A DNA stretch of 62,014 nucleotides, filler included. It is 5 parts of 5 records of this genome, joined end to end, with 100 filler letters (N's around TTAATTAATTAA, not from the genome) between each part and the next. Parts side by side here need not be neighbours in the genome. Positions count along the whole stretch, not along the records: positions 28,244 to 40,876 come from SRR20825006_2750; 4 more parts are not named here. The stretch is one strand, 5' to 3'. The translations under genes were made by a program, and so were the position numbers. How positions within the stretch are numbered: the stretch's first letter is position 1; every line of letters begins with the position of its first letter. The notes below the pieces were generated by a model that did no database searches, had not been told where the DNA came from, and worked only from the letters and a program-made list of their open reading frames with translations. Below, in pieces: positions 30,386-40,447 of the stretch.

Positions 30386-31894
30386 TCAGGACCGCTTGGT
30401 CCGGATGCGAATGGCAAGGTTGGGCTTGACCGGCAGCTTGACCGCGAAGGCGGCATCGGGTTCGCGCGCCAGGCTGACTGCGCCATGCCGCACCGGATGG
30501 TTTTCAGGCGCCGGCACGCATTCTGCCGGGGTGACGGTCATCGCCCAGGTATCGATGATGTCCACCTCATATTCGCCTGGCTCTTTGGGCAGGCCATATG
30601 CCCAGATCTCCGGCTGGTGTTCGCCCAGATAGATGATGGTGGTGTTGCCATCGCGCGCGGCCGAGACGCGGCTGGCGAACCGCATGCCGGTCTCTATAGG
30701 CTCGAAGCCATTGCGAGCATCTTCTTCCAGAACGTCCCGCAGGAAGCCGATGCGCTGCCAGGCATGGCCGTGCAGCTCGCCGCCCTTGGCCCACCATAGC
30801 AGGTCTTCGGGATGCCGATAGGTTTCGCCATGTCCCGCATAGCCGCCACGCAGGGTCGTGGTCCAGAAGCGGTGCACCAGCTCCTGGGCAGAGATATTGC
30901 CCCAGGCCTCGGTGATGTTGCCCTCATATTCCGGCTCATCATTGACCACGGGCTTGCCATAGGCGGCGCGCCATTCCAGCGTGCGTTTCACATCCCAGTG
31001 CTGGATGCAGACATGGCTGACCCAGGCCTTGCGGTGATCGTAATTGGCCTTCGGATCACCATTGTGGATCGAGCGCAGATGCCCGTAAGGGTCGTTCTCC
31101 TCGATAATGTGGAAGTAGCGATCCCATTGCTGCATCGGCTTGGTGTCGAGCAGGAAGTCGTACTCGTTGGCCAGCGACCACCAGACGTTGTGATAGGCGG
31201 CGAGCCGCGCCGTCAAATAGGCGAAGTAGCGGTAGTCCTGGTCCGCGCTCATGCCGGAATAACCCCAGCGGTCGTAAGGGTGCAGCATGATGATATCGGC
31301 CTGAATGCCCCTGTCGCCAAGCGCCTTCACCTGGCTTTCGAAGTGGCGGAAGCTCGCGGGATTGGGCCGGTCGAAATCGAGATTGCCTGCGGCGTCGCGC
31401 TGATAGACATCGTGCAGCGGCGCGTTGACATTATAGGGGTAGTCCTTGGGAAAGACGCCCATGCGGACCTTGTTGAACCGCGTCTTTCCAAGCGTCTCCA
31501 ACGTCTTGTCCTGCTCGGCCAGCGGCTGATGGGTCCAGGCATAGCAGGTGGTGCCGAAGCTGAGGAATGGCGTGCCGTCGGCATGGGCGAAGTGATGGCG
31601 ATTGGCCACCTGCACCGGGCCATGATTGCGCTGGCGTGGCGCCGTCACAGTCACACTGCCCACCTGCCCATCAAGAGCCGTGACGTTGGAGCGGGTTTCA
31701 AACGTCCACTCTCCCGCATTATCGGGCATGAAGCGGACCGTGTAAGTCCCCTCCCCGTCATAAAAGCCAGGGACCCGAACCTGGCGGCCGTGCCGGGCAA
31801 AGATGGCGTCCAACTCGACGTCAAGAAAGGGATTGCCATCGGAGGGACCCGACAAGCTGACCTCGAACATGTCCCATTGCGCGATCGTGGTCAT
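30386..31894 (-). CDS. DUF5060-DUF4038-DUF5605 glycoside hydrolase (GH140/apiosidase-like)
   Basis: GNPFLDV...PGFYDG (DUF5060); GTTCYAW, FNKVRM, HPYDRWG, WSLANEYD, SIHNG, KPVVNDEPEYEG, GYAGHGETY, WWAKGG; no signal peptide. Confidence 0.8.
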   Translation of the reverse strand: MTTIAQWDMFEVSLSGPSDGNPFLDVELDAIFARHGRQVRVPGFYDGEGTYTVRFMPDNAGEWTFETRSNVTALDGQVGSVTVTAPRQRNHGPVQVANRHHFAHADGTPFLSFGTTCYAWTHQPLAEQDKTLETLGKTRFNKVRMGVFPKDYPYNVNAPLHDVYQRDAAGNLDFDRPNPASFRHFESQVKALGDRGIQADIIMLHPYDRWGYSGMSADQDYRYFAYLTARLAAYHNVWWSLANEYDFLLDTKPMQQWDRYFHIIEENDPYGHLRSIHNGDPKANYDHRKAWVSHVCIQHWDVKRTLEWRAAYGKPVVNDEPEYEGNITEAWGNISAQELVHRFWTTTLRGGYAGHGETYRHPEDLLWWAKGGELHGHAWQRIGFLRDVLEEDARNGFEPIETGMRFASRVSAARDGNTTIIYLGEHQPEIWAYGLPKEPGEYEVDIIDTWAMTVTPAECVPAPENHPVRHGAVSLAREPDAAFAVKLPVKPNLAIRIRTKRS

Positions 31895-32067
31895 GTCGAC
31901 TTTCCTCCAGTTTCTCTGTTCCCGGAATGCCTGGCGCACGGCACATCCCGCCGACTCCACATCCTGCGCTGTCGTTTATTTTCGATTTATTGTGTTTTAT
32001 CAAGCATTGTTAGAGCGCATCCGTGTTCGGGACGGCGCGCGAGAACCACCATCTGGTCGCAGGGCTG

Positions 32068-32901
32068 CTAACGCGCGATGATCACTTCAACACCACGACG
32101 TTCAAATTCGGCCCGATCCGCATCGGCAATGCCGTCATCGGTGATCAGGGTATGGACCATTTCCACACCGCCCAGAGCGGAGAAGGACACGCGGCCGATC
32201 TTGGTGGAATCGGCCAGAAGATAGACATGCGAAGCGGCCTTGACCATGGCGCGCTTGACGTAGATGTCGCCAATGGCCGGATAGGTCAGCCCGACATCGA
32301 AGGACACGCCTGCCGTCGCCAGAAACAGCTTCTGGGCATAGATGCCCACGAAGAATTCGACCGATTTCTCGCCGCTCAGCGACAGGGTCGGCGCCTTGAA
32401 CTGCCCCGCCGGCATATGCACCGTATTGGTCGGGCTCGCCCCCAGGATAAGGGCGATGTTCAGCGCATTGGTGATGATATTAAGCTCTTGGCGTGACTTC
32501 AGGTTTTCGGCGAACTGGGTGGTCGTGGTCCCCGAGTCGATGATCAGCGTGTCATGGTCCGAGACCAGAGCCGCGGCCGCCATGCCAATGGCGCGCTTCT
32601 TGTCCATATTCTGCACGTGCTGCAGCGACATGGACTGCACCTGCTGCGGGATCGACTTGAGATAGGCGCCGCCATGCTCACGCGTGATATAGCCGTCCGC
32701 CTCGAGCCGCTCGAGATCCTGCCGGATGGTCGCCTCGGAGACAGCAAAGGCACTCGACAGATCGCGCACGCGGGCACTGCCTTCTTCCTGCAACCACTCC
32801 AGAATGCGCATGCGCCGCGGCTCTGCCAGCAATTGCGGCTGCCCATTCGGACCATCCGCACCCCGACGCCGCCGCGCTAACTTGCCCTTCTGCACACCCA
32901 C
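32068..32901 (-). CDS. DeoR/GlpR family transcriptional regulator
   Basis: VSEATIRQDLERL HTH; IIDSGTTT, ITNAL, LADSTKIG, LITD. Confidence 0.93.
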   Translation of the reverse strand: MGVQKGKLARRRRGADGPNGQPQLLAEPRRMRILEWLQEEGSARVRDLSSAFAVSEATIRQDLERLEADGYITREHGGAYLKSIPQQVQSMSLQHVQNMDKKRAIGMAAAALVSDHDTLIIDSGTTTTQFAENLKSRQELNIITNALNIALILGASPTNTVHMPAGQFKAPTLSLSGEKSVEFFVGIYAQKLFLATAGVSFDVGLTYPAIGDIYVKRAMVKAASHVYLLADSTKIGRVSFSALGGVEMVHTLITDDGIADADRAEFERRGVEVIIAR

Positions 32902-32988
32902 TCCCCTATGCTTTGGCTTCGTATCTTATGACGCTCGCCCGCCTGACGCGCATCTCTCTTAGCGTTTTCACACGGATATGTCGCGCCA

Positions 32989-33078
32989 CAAACCGCAGAA
33001 TTCAAAGCCAATGAGCGCGCCAAAACGTAGAAATCCCAAATTTTCCTTATTGCACGAAAGCAAAACGCACTGTAGCAC
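32989..33078 (+). promoter_or_regulatory. Promoter of the apiose operon (TTGCAC-17-TAGCAC) with three CAAA(A/C)CG(C/T)A direct repeats
   Basis: Repeats start at 32989, 33021 and 33061; the third lies in the promoter spacer; divergent from the DeoR gene. Confidence 0.45.
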
Positions 33079-33193
33079 TACTTTTCGCGAGGGTCACGAC
33101 AGCGGCACCTTGCTGTGCTCGACCCCATCGCACCGGCACGCGAGGCCTCGCCTGAGCGGCCGAGAGTAAAAAAAAGCGGCCAGGGAGGCTCGA

Positions 33194-34033
33194 TTGACTT
33201 CGCCCGTAGCTAATTTGCCCAAGGTCCTTGCAACTGAGATCCGCGCGCGCGCCTTGTGGATTCGCCGCCGCAGCTTCCAAATGGTCTATGAGGCGCAGCA
33301 GGGACATCCCGGCGGCGATTTCAGCGCCGCCGACATTCTGGCAACGCTGTATTTCGGCGCAATGCGCTATGACCCGAAGGCCCCGACCGATCCGCAACGC
33401 GACCGGTTCGTGATGAGCAAAGGGCATTGCACCGGCGCCTTTTATTCGGTGCTGGCGGCGGCCGGATTCTTTCCCGAGGCGGATCTGAAGACCTATATGG
33501 AGCCACTCAGCATGCTGAACGGCCATCCGAACCGCAATTACCTGCCCGGCGTCGAAACCAATACCGGGCCGCTGGGTCATGGCCTGCCTGTTGCGACGGG
33601 CATTGCCATCGCCGGCCAGATCGACAACGCCGATTTTCGTACCTTCGTGCTGACCGGTGACGGCGAACTGCAAGAAGGCAGCAATTGGGAAGCGGCGCTG
33701 ACCGCCGGGCACCGCAGATTGGAAAACCTGACCCTGATCGTGGACCGCAACCGCCTGCAACAAGGCGCCCGCACCGAAGAAACCGCCTCGCTCGATCCGC
33801 TGGACGACAAATGGCGCGCCTTTGGCTGGCATGTCGAAATGGTCGATGGCCACGACCACCAGCAATTGCTTGACGTGCTCTCGGCCAGCCCGAAAGGTCG
33901 GGGCAAGCCGCTCTGCGTGATTGCCAATACCGTCAAGGGCAAGGGCGTCAGTTTCATGCGTGACAATGTCTCCTGGCATCATGGCGTGCCAACACAGGCA
34001 CAATTCGAGCAAGCCATGGCGGAACTGGTCTGA
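33194..34033 (+). CDS. aptA: Transketolase N-terminal subunit (apulose-4-phosphate transketolase A)
   Basis: GHPGGDFS, RDRFVMSKGH, TGPLGHG, GDGELQEGSNWE, WHH; operon context. Confidence 0.8.
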   Translation: MTSPVANLPKVLATEIRARALWIRRRSFQMVYEAQQGHPGGDFSAADILATLYFGAMRYDPKAPTDPQRDRFVMSKGHCTGAFYSVLAAAGFFPEADLKTYMEPLSMLNGHPNRNYLPGVETNTGPLGHGLPVATGIAIAGQIDNADFRTFVLTGDGELQEGSNWEAALTAGHRRLENLTLIVDRNRLQQGARTEETASLDPLDDKWRAFGWHVEMVDGHDHQQLLDVLSASPKGRGKPLCVIANTVKGKGVSFMRDNVSWHHGVPTQAQFEQAMAELV

Positions 34034-34992
34034 TGAGCGCTGCTGCACAAAAGAATGACGGCTATTTCGATTGCCGTGACAGCTTCGCGGCAACGATCGA
34101 GGCGCTGGCGGAAACCGATCCGCGCATCGTGACCGTGGTGAGCGACAGCGTCGGCTCGTCCAAGCTCGGCGGATTCCGTACCAAATTTCCCGACCGCATG
34201 GTCAATGTCGGCATTGCCGAGCAGACCCTGGTGGCGGTCGGCGCGGGGCTCGCCAATGGCGGCAAGGTGCCGTTTGTTTCGGCGGCGTCCTGCTTCATCA
34301 CCGGCCGGGCCCTCGAGCAGGTGAAGGCTGACATTGCCTATTCCAATGTCAACGTGAAGCTGATCGGCCAATCGAGCGGGGTTGCCTATGGCGAGCTCGG
34401 CCCAACGCATCATTCGATCGAAGATCTCGCCTGGCTGCGCCTGTTCAACAATCTCAAGCTGATCGTGCCGGCCGATCCCTGGCAGACGGCCGAAGCGATC
34501 AAGGCTGCTGCCGCGTATGACGGACCGGTCTTCGTGCGCGTCAGCCGCATGGCCGTGCCGGCGCTTGAACGCCCCAAAGGGGCGACATTCGAAATGGGCA
34601 AGGCCGAAACACTGGTGGAGGGCGCCGATGCGACCATTATCGCCAATGGCACCATGGTGCATCGGGCGGTTGCGGCAGCCAGCCTGCTGGCTGATGAAGG
34701 CATCGCGGCGCGGGTGGTGAACATGGCCACCGTCAACCCGCTGGACGAGACGGCCATCGCCTCTGCGGCGGACACCGGGGCCATTGTAACGGTCGAGGAG
34801 CATTCCGTGCGCGGCGGCCTTGGCGGCGCGATTGCCGAGGTGGTCGCGACCACCAATCCTGTGCCCATGCGCATTCTGGGGTTCCCCGGCTTTGTGCCAA
34901 CGGGTTCGGCCAAATGGCTGTTTGACCACTATGACCTCAACGCTGCCGGCATTGCCGACGCCGTTCGCCAGACCATCGCGCGCAAGACATGA
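34033..34992 (+). CDS. aptB: Transketolase C-terminal subunit (apulose-4-phosphate transketolase B)
   Basis: NVGIAEQ, RALEQVK, GPTHHSIED, TVEEH..GGLG; TGATG coupling to aptA. Confidence 0.8.
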   Translation: MSAAAQKNDGYFDCRDSFAATIEALAETDPRIVTVVSDSVGSSKLGGFRTKFPDRMVNVGIAEQTLVAVGAGLANGGKVPFVSAASCFITGRALEQVKADIAYSNVNVKLIGQSSGVAYGELGPTHHSIEDLAWLRLFNNLKLIVPADPWQTAEAIKAAAAYDGPVFVRVSRMAVPALERPKGATFEMGKAETLVEGADATIIANGTMVHRAVAAASLLADEGIAARVVNMATVNPLDETAIASAADTGAIVTVEEHSVRGGLGGAIAEVVATTNPVPMRILGFPGFVPTGSAKWLFDHYDLNAAGIADAVRQTIARKT

Positions 34993-36467
34993 CGGACGCC
35001 CTGCTCCTCGCCATCGACCAGGGCACCACCAACACCAAAGCGTTGCTGGTCGATGCGACCGGGCATGTGCGGCATCAGGCGAGCGTCCCCAATATCGTGA
35101 CCTATCCTCAGCCCGGCTGGGCCGAGCAATCGGGAACGGCGTTGATCGATGGGGTCAAACAGGTCATCGCCGAGGTGGTGGCCAAGGCGGATGGCGCGGC
35201 CATTGCCGGCATCGGCATTTCCAACCAGCGCGAGTCCGTGTTGGTCTGGGATGCAGTAACCGGCGAACCCATCGGCCCCGTCATCATCTGGCAATGCCGC
35301 CGTTCCGCACCCAAATGCGACGACCTGCGCCGGGCCGGTCACGGGCAGATGATCGAAGGAAAAACCGGGCTGGCGCTCGATCCGCTGTTCCCGGCGGCAA
35401 AGATTGCGTGGTTGCTCGACAGCGTTCCAGACGCACGCGCAAGGGCACAACGCGGTGAGTTGCGGGCGGGGACGGTCGACTCGTGGTTGCTCTGGAACCT
35501 GACGGGTGGCGCGGTGCATGCCACGGACCATTCCAATGCCTCGCGCACCCAGCTCTTCAATACCGACACTTTGGCCTGGGATGGCGAGCTTTGTGCGCTC
35601 TTTGATGTGCCGCCTTCCATGCTGCCCCAAGTGCGGTCTTCCGATTCCGCGTTTGGCCGTGTCGCCGCCGGGGTCTGCGCCCTGCCCGATGGTACGCCGA
35701 TTCGCGCCATGATCGGGGATTCTCACGCAGCCCTGTTCGGTCATGGCGTTCGCGCGCCGGGCACGGTCAAAGCCACCTACGGCACCGGCACATCGCTGAT
35801 GGCGCTGACGCCGAACCGCCTGCGTTCGACCCATGGCATGTCCAGCACCATCGCCTGGAGCCGGAACGGGCATGTGCAGTATGCGCTGGAGGGCAATATT
35901 TCGGTGTCCGGACAAGCGGCTGCCTTTGCCGCGGAAATGCTTGGGTTGCCAGATGCCGCTGCTCTTTCGGCACTTGCCGAAACGGTGCCGGACAGCAATG
36001 GCGTGGCTTTCGTGCCGGCGCTGGTTGGTCTTGGCGCACCCTATTGGCGGGCCGATGCGCGTGGCACCATTTCCGGACTGAGCCTGGGGACCAAACCTGC
36101 ACACATTGCGCGGGCGGCTCTCGAAGCCATCGCGTTTCAGGTGGCAGATGTGTATGCGGCGATGGAGGCCGATATGGGGTCGCCCCTGGGGGAATTGCGG
36201 GCTGATGGCGGCGCGTCGCGCAACGCCGTGCTTATGCAATTCCAGTCCGACATTCTCGACCGCCCCCTTGCCGCTGCTGCCGCGCCCGAAGTCAGCGCGC
36301 TTGGCGCTGCGGCGCTGGCTTTCTCGTCCTTCGGCATTGAGATGCCAGGCGTTGCGGCGGCAAGCCGGTTTGTGCCGGAAATGGATGAGCAGGCCCGCAC
36401 TGCCCATCGCCAGCGCTGGCGGAAGGCCATGGTCCAGACCCTGGCCATACAAGATGAACAGATCTGA
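34989..36467 (+). CDS. aplK: FGGY-family kinase (apulose kinase; glycerol-kinase-like)
   Basis: AIDQGTTNTK, SNQRES, TDHSNASRT, GDSHAALFG, KATYGTG, ADGG; ATGA overlap with aptB. Confidence 0.78.
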   Translation: MTDALLLAIDQGTTNTKALLVDATGHVRHQASVPNIVTYPQPGWAEQSGTALIDGVKQVIAEVVAKADGAAIAGIGISNQRESVLVWDAVTGEPIGPVIIWQCRRSAPKCDDLRRAGHGQMIEGKTGLALDPLFPAAKIAWLLDSVPDARARAQRGELRAGTVDSWLLWNLTGGAVHATDHSNASRTQLFNTDTLAWDGELCALFDVPPSMLPQVRSSDSAFGRVAAGVCALPDGTPIRAMIGDSHAALFGHGVRAPGTVKATYGTGTSLMALTPNRLRSTHGMSSTIAWSRNGHVQYALEGNISVSGQAAAFAAEMLGLPDAAALSALAETVPDSNGVAFVPALVGLGAPYWRADARGTISGLSLGTKPAHIARAALEAIAFQVADVYAAMEADMGSPLGELRADGGASRNAVLMQFQSDILDRPLAAAAAPEVSALGAAALAFSSFGIEMPGVAAASRFVPEMDEQARTAHRQRWRKAMVQTLAIQDEQI

Positions 36468-36478
36468 GGAGGAAATCC

Positions 36479-37459
36479 ATGACCACACCACGCTTCGGCG
36501 CTGGCATCTGGCACTTTGCGACCTATCTCGACCGCTACGCCACAGATGGCTATGGCGCACCGCGCAATATCATCGAGGCGATCGATCTGGCTGGACAGGT
36601 CAAGGACCTTTCCGTCGTTGACCTCAACTGGCCCTATTTCGGCGGTGAATTCTCAGACGCCGAGATCAAGACTGCGCTCGATCGCAACACGCTCGGCGTG
36701 ATCGGCATCACGCCCGAAATCTACACCCGCGACTTCGTCAAGGGCGCCTTCACCAATCCCGATGCCGGCATTCGCCGTAAAGCCCATGAACTGGTGAGCG
36801 CCGCCTGCGATGTGGTGCGCTACCACAAGGCCGAGTATGTTAAGCTCTGGCCCGGCCAGGATGGCTGGGACTATCCCTTCCAGGTGGATTATTCGACGCA
36901 GTGGCAACGCTCGCTCGACGGCGTCGGCCAGCTCGCAAGCGAAAATCCCGACCTCAAATTCGTCATTGAATACAAGCCGCGCGAGCCGCGTGTGCGCATG
37001 AGTTTCGGGTCGGTCGCCCGCACCATTCTGGGCATCGAGAAAATCGGGCTGCCCAATATCGGCATTCTGCTCGATTTCGGCCACGCCATCATGGGTGGCG
37101 AGTCCGCCGCCGATAGCGCCCAGCTTGCCATCGACCATGGCCGGCTTTTCGGCATGGACGTCAATGACAATTACCGCTCCTGGGATGACGATCTGGTCGC
37201 CGGCAGCCTGCACCCCATCGAGTTGTTCGAATTCTTCTACGTGCTCAAGAAGAACAACTGGAATGGCGTTTGGCAGCTCGACCAGTTCCCCTTCCGCGAA
37301 GACAGCGTGGCCACGGCCAACCACGCCATCGACTTTCTCAAGGCTGCCGCCAAGGGGCTCGATGCCCTCGATATCGAGGCCTTGCAGGAAGCCCAGAGCC
37401 GGCATGACGCCATTGGCGCCCTCAAAATCGCCCAGAAGGCCCTGTTCGGCGCAATGTGA
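36479..37459 (+). CDS. apsI: D-apiose isomerase (xylose-isomerase-like TIM barrel)
   Basis: FGAGIWHFATYLDRYATDGYG, KLWPGQDGWDYPFQ, IEYKPREPR, LDFGH, DVNDN...WDDD, WQLDQFPFRE; resembles the Pectobacterium apiose isomerase as recalled (no alignment run). Confidence 0.85.
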   Translation: MTTPRFGAGIWHFATYLDRYATDGYGAPRNIIEAIDLAGQVKDLSVVDLNWPYFGGEFSDAEIKTALDRNTLGVIGITPEIYTRDFVKGAFTNPDAGIRRKAHELVSAACDVVRYHKAEYVKLWPGQDGWDYPFQVDYSTQWQRSLDGVGQLASENPDLKFVIEYKPREPRVRMSFGSVARTILGIEKIGLPNIGILLDFGHAIMGGESAADSAQLAIDHGRLFGMDVNDNYRSWDDDLVAGSLHPIELFEFFYVLKKNNWNGVWQLDQFPFREDSVATANHAIDFLKAAAKGLDALDIEALQEAQSRHDAIGALKIAQKALFGAM

Positions 37460-37491
37460 ATTTGGCTGGCAACTGACCCGCATGTCGATTG

Positions 37492-37521
37492 GCCGCGCCC
37501 GAAAGGGTGCGGCTTTTTTTT
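37492..37521 (+). terminator. Rho-independent terminator
   Basis: GCCGCGCCC-GAAA-GGGTGCGGC followed by a T8 tract. Confidence 0.85.
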
Positions 37522-37678
37522 GCGCAAGTCGGGCGTGGGCCTCAGCGGCCGGTCATGGTAGGCCGTGAGCACAGCGCAATGCGTCATTCCGGTTGACGGG
37601 CAGGCCGTTGCCCGACTATCGCCGGGTGGGCCGTATTGACCCGACCAGAACCGCAGCCCGATCCACGGAGACCCGGCA

Positions 37679-38452
37679 TTGGCTAGACGTTCGGAAAATG
37701 CTTCGGTCTTGCCCTGGTTGATCGCGGCCATGCGGCTGGGTGTTCTGGCCCTGTTGCTGTTGTTCTGGGCGCTGGCCGCCGACAATGTCAGCCGCAATAT
37801 CATTCCCTCGCCGCTGGAAACGCTTGAGGCCGCCGGGCGCCTCTGGGTCGATGGCCGGTTGCCGGGGGCGCTCGGGGCGAGCCTTGTGACCTATCTCGGC
37901 GGGTTCGGGCTGGCCGTCGCATTTGCCCTGCCGCTCGGCATTGTCATGGGCGCGTTCGGGCTGTTGGGCCGCACCATCGAGATCTATGTCTATGCGCTGG
38001 CGGCGACGCCGCGCGTTGCCTTTATCCCGCTCATCATCCTCACGCTGGGTCTTGGCATCGAGGCCAAGCTGTTCGTGGTGTTTCTCGGCGCGGTGATGCC
38101 GATCATCATCAACACCTATGCCGGGGTGCGCCAGGCCGACCCCGACCTGGTCGAAATGGCGCGCAGCGTGGGCGCCTCGCGCGGCCGCATTTTCAGGGCC
38201 ATCGTGCTGCCCGGCGCCGTGCCCTATGTGCTGGCGGGCCTGCGCATCGGGGCCACGATTGGCCTGATCAACACCGTTGTCGCCGAACTCTACACCGCCG
38301 TGACCGGCCTGGGTGGGCTCTTGGCCCTGTATGGCAATACCTTCCGCATGGCCGAATATTTCGTGATCGTGCTGACCCTGGCCGCGATCGGGGTCGTCGT
38401 GACCGAATTGTTGCGCCTGCTCGAACTTCGCCTGACACGCTGGTCGAACTGA
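37679..38452 (+). CDS. ABC transporter permease (NitT/TauT)
   Basis: Hydrophobic; LVEMARSVGAS EAA motif; start uncertain. Confidence 0.88.
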   Translation: MARRSENASVLPWLIAAMRLGVLALLLLFWALAADNVSRNIIPSPLETLEAAGRLWVDGRLPGALGASLVTYLGGFGLAVAFALPLGIVMGAFGLLGRTIEIYVYALAATPRVAFIPLIILTLGLGIEAKLFVVFLGAVMPIIINTYAGVRQADPDLVEMARSVGASRGRIFRAIVLPGAVPYVLAGLRIGATIGLINTVVAELYTAVTGLGGLLALYGNTFRMAEYFVIVLTLAAIGVVVTELLRLLELRLTRWSN

Positions 38453-38479
38453 ATACCAGAGAGAACGAGACGTCATCCA

Positions 38480-39508
38480 ATGCCAATCACGCTCACCCGC
38501 CTTCTTGCCCCATTGGTCATTCTGGGCGCGTTTTCGCTCAGCGCCATGGCCCAGTCCGACGCGCCATTTCGCCTGATCGTCACCCATCTCGAGCCACCAT
38601 TGGTGCCCAATTCGGTGATGGACCTGGCTGAAACGCTTGGCTATTTCGACCAGGAAGGGGTCGATGTCGAACTGGTGCGCGTGCAGCAGACCCCCTCGGC
38701 ACTGGCGGCGCTCCAGGCGGGCGAGGGCGAGATGGCCAATATCGGGGTGGATGCCTTGCTGCAGGCCATTGCCGCCGGGGCGAACGACCTGCGCGCGGTG
38801 ACATCACCCAACAAGGCGCTGCCGTTTCTGATTGCCGCCAAGGACGAAATCACCTCCGTGGAAGACCTCGCCGGTGCCAGCTTCGGCGTCGGCCGGATTG
38901 GAAGTCTTGACCATTCGCTGTCAACGCTGGTGCTGGACAGCATGGGCGCCGATATCGAACAGTCCCAGATCGTGATCCTGGGCCAGCCCAATGTGCGCGC
39001 CCAGGCGCTGGCGGCGGGCCAGATCGACGCCACCACCATGTCGATCGGCACCTGGCTGAGCCTGCCGGACACCACGGGCCTGCACGTGCTGGTCGATCAG
39101 GATGCCTATTTTGCCGCAGCGCCACTGGTCAACAAGGTCAATGCCGTACCCGGCAATGTGCTGGCCGAACGCCCCGACGATGTGGCGGCGGTTATCCGGG
39201 CCCTGATCCGCATCAGCCGCGATGTTGCCGCCGAACCGCAGCTCTGGGTGGACGGTATGGCCGAGGCACTGCCTGATGCCGACACGGCGGTGCTCGATGC
39301 GCTGGTTGCAAGTTTTGCCACAAGCTGGAGCGTCAATGGCGGGATGAGCGCCGATGAGCTGGCCTATACGGCAGACTGGCTCTATGGCACCGAGGATTTT
39401 TCCGAAGCCACACCGCTGGCGCTGGAAGACTGGGTGAGCTTTGCTCCAGCAGATGCGGCGCTGGACACGCTCGGCACCGCCGATGGCATGGACCCCGCCG
39501 ACCGATGA
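38480..39508 (+). CDS. ABC transporter substrate-binding protein (NitT/TauT)
   Basis: Signal peptide; LGYFDQEGVDVEL SsuA/THI5-like motif; acidic. Confidence 0.85.
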   Translation: MPITLTRLLAPLVILGAFSLSAMAQSDAPFRLIVTHLEPPLVPNSVMDLAETLGYFDQEGVDVELVRVQQTPSALAALQAGEGEMANIGVDALLQAIAAGANDLRAVTSPNKALPFLIAAKDEITSVEDLAGASFGVGRIGSLDHSLSTLVLDSMGADIEQSQIVILGQPNVRAQALAAGQIDATTMSIGTWLSLPDTTGLHVLVDQDAYFAAAPLVNKVNAVPGNVLAERPDDVAAVIRALIRISRDVAAEPQLWVDGMAEALPDADTAVLDALVASFATSWSVNGGMSADELAYTADWLYGTEDFSEATPLALEDWVSFAPADAALDTLGTADGMDPADR

Positions 39509-40371
39509 ACCAGGTTCCGCCCGTGCCCGATCAGGTCCATACGTCCCCGTCGCGCGGGCGGGCCATACGCTTTGCCGGGGTCAGCAAGGATTTTGCCGCG
39601 GGCAATGGCGCGCGGACCAGCGCGGTGCGCCAGGTCGATCTCGAGATTGCCGAAGGCCAATTCGTCGCCCTGATCGGCCCTTCGGGGTGTGGCAAGAGCA
39701 CCTTGCTGCGTCTGGCGGACGGGTTGCTGGAACCCGACGCAGGCCGGATCGAGATCGGCAATACGCCGCCGCGGCCGGGACCAGCCATCGGCATGGTGTT
39801 CCAGAACTTCCGCCTCATTCCCTGGCGCAGTGTGGCCGGCAATGTCGGCTTTGCCCTGGACGGGCTGGGGTTGGGCAGGCCGACACTGGAACAACGGGTG
39901 CAGGCGCAGCTTGAGCAGGTCGGTCTGGCGCAATGGGCCAATCACTATCCGGCCCAATTGTCGGGCGGGATGCGACAGCGCGTGGCGCTGGCGCGCGCCC
40001 TGATCGGCCGGCCGAGCGTTCTGCTGATGGACGAACCCTTTGCGAGCCTGGACGCCCAGACACGCGAATTGATGCAGGATGACCTGCTGGCGCTGTGGGA
40101 GCGGCAACGCCCCACCGTGCTGTTTGTGACCCATAGCGTGGATGAGGCCCTGCTGCTGGCCGACCGGGTAGTCGTTATGGGCGGAGGCACTGTGCTCGAA
40201 GACCTGCCCATCGACCTGCCGCGGCCGCGCCGCAGTACCAATGCCCGAAGGGCTGCAGAGTACAGTCAATTGCGCGAGCATCTATGGTCGCGGATCCGGG
40301 ACCTGGTGCTGGCCGACCCGGCATCGGCATTTTTCGGCCGTCAGAGCCAGGATGGTGCAGACCGCAGCTGA
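39505..40371 (+). CDS. ABC transporter ATP-binding protein
   Basis: [26 protein letters not shown]. Confidence 0.94.
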   Translation: MNQVPPVPDQVHTSPSRGRAIRFAGVSKDFAAGNGARTSAVRQVDLEIAEGQFVALIGPSGCGKSTLLRLADGLLEPDAGRIEIGNTPPRPGPAIGMVFQNFRLIPWRSVAGNVGFALDGLGLGRPTLEQRVQAQLEQVGLAQWANHYPAQLSGGMRQRVALARALIGRPSVLLMDEPFASLDAQTRELMQDDLLALWERQRPTVLFVTHSVDEALLLADRVVVMGGGTVLEDLPIDLPRPRRSTNARRAAEYSQLREHLWSRIRDLVLADPASAFFGRQSQDGADRS

Positions 40372-40447
40372 TCTGGACAAAGCCCATCGATCTTGCCAAC
40401 CACCAACAGCATTCCGACTGTGCCTTGGCCGTTGCGCCTGGGACCGC

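Noticed and set aside
33194-36467. Housekeeping transketolase and glycerol kinase (tkt, glpK)
   Set aside because: The split subunits and the coupling to an ApsI-like isomerase fit the apiose pathway better
34929-36560. 543-aa antisense ORF, and similar long shadow ORFs (30812-32071, 33047-34093, 49374-50360, 5462-6280)
   Set aside because: They lie opposite well-supported genes in high-GC DNA, have no motifs, and show typical antisense composition
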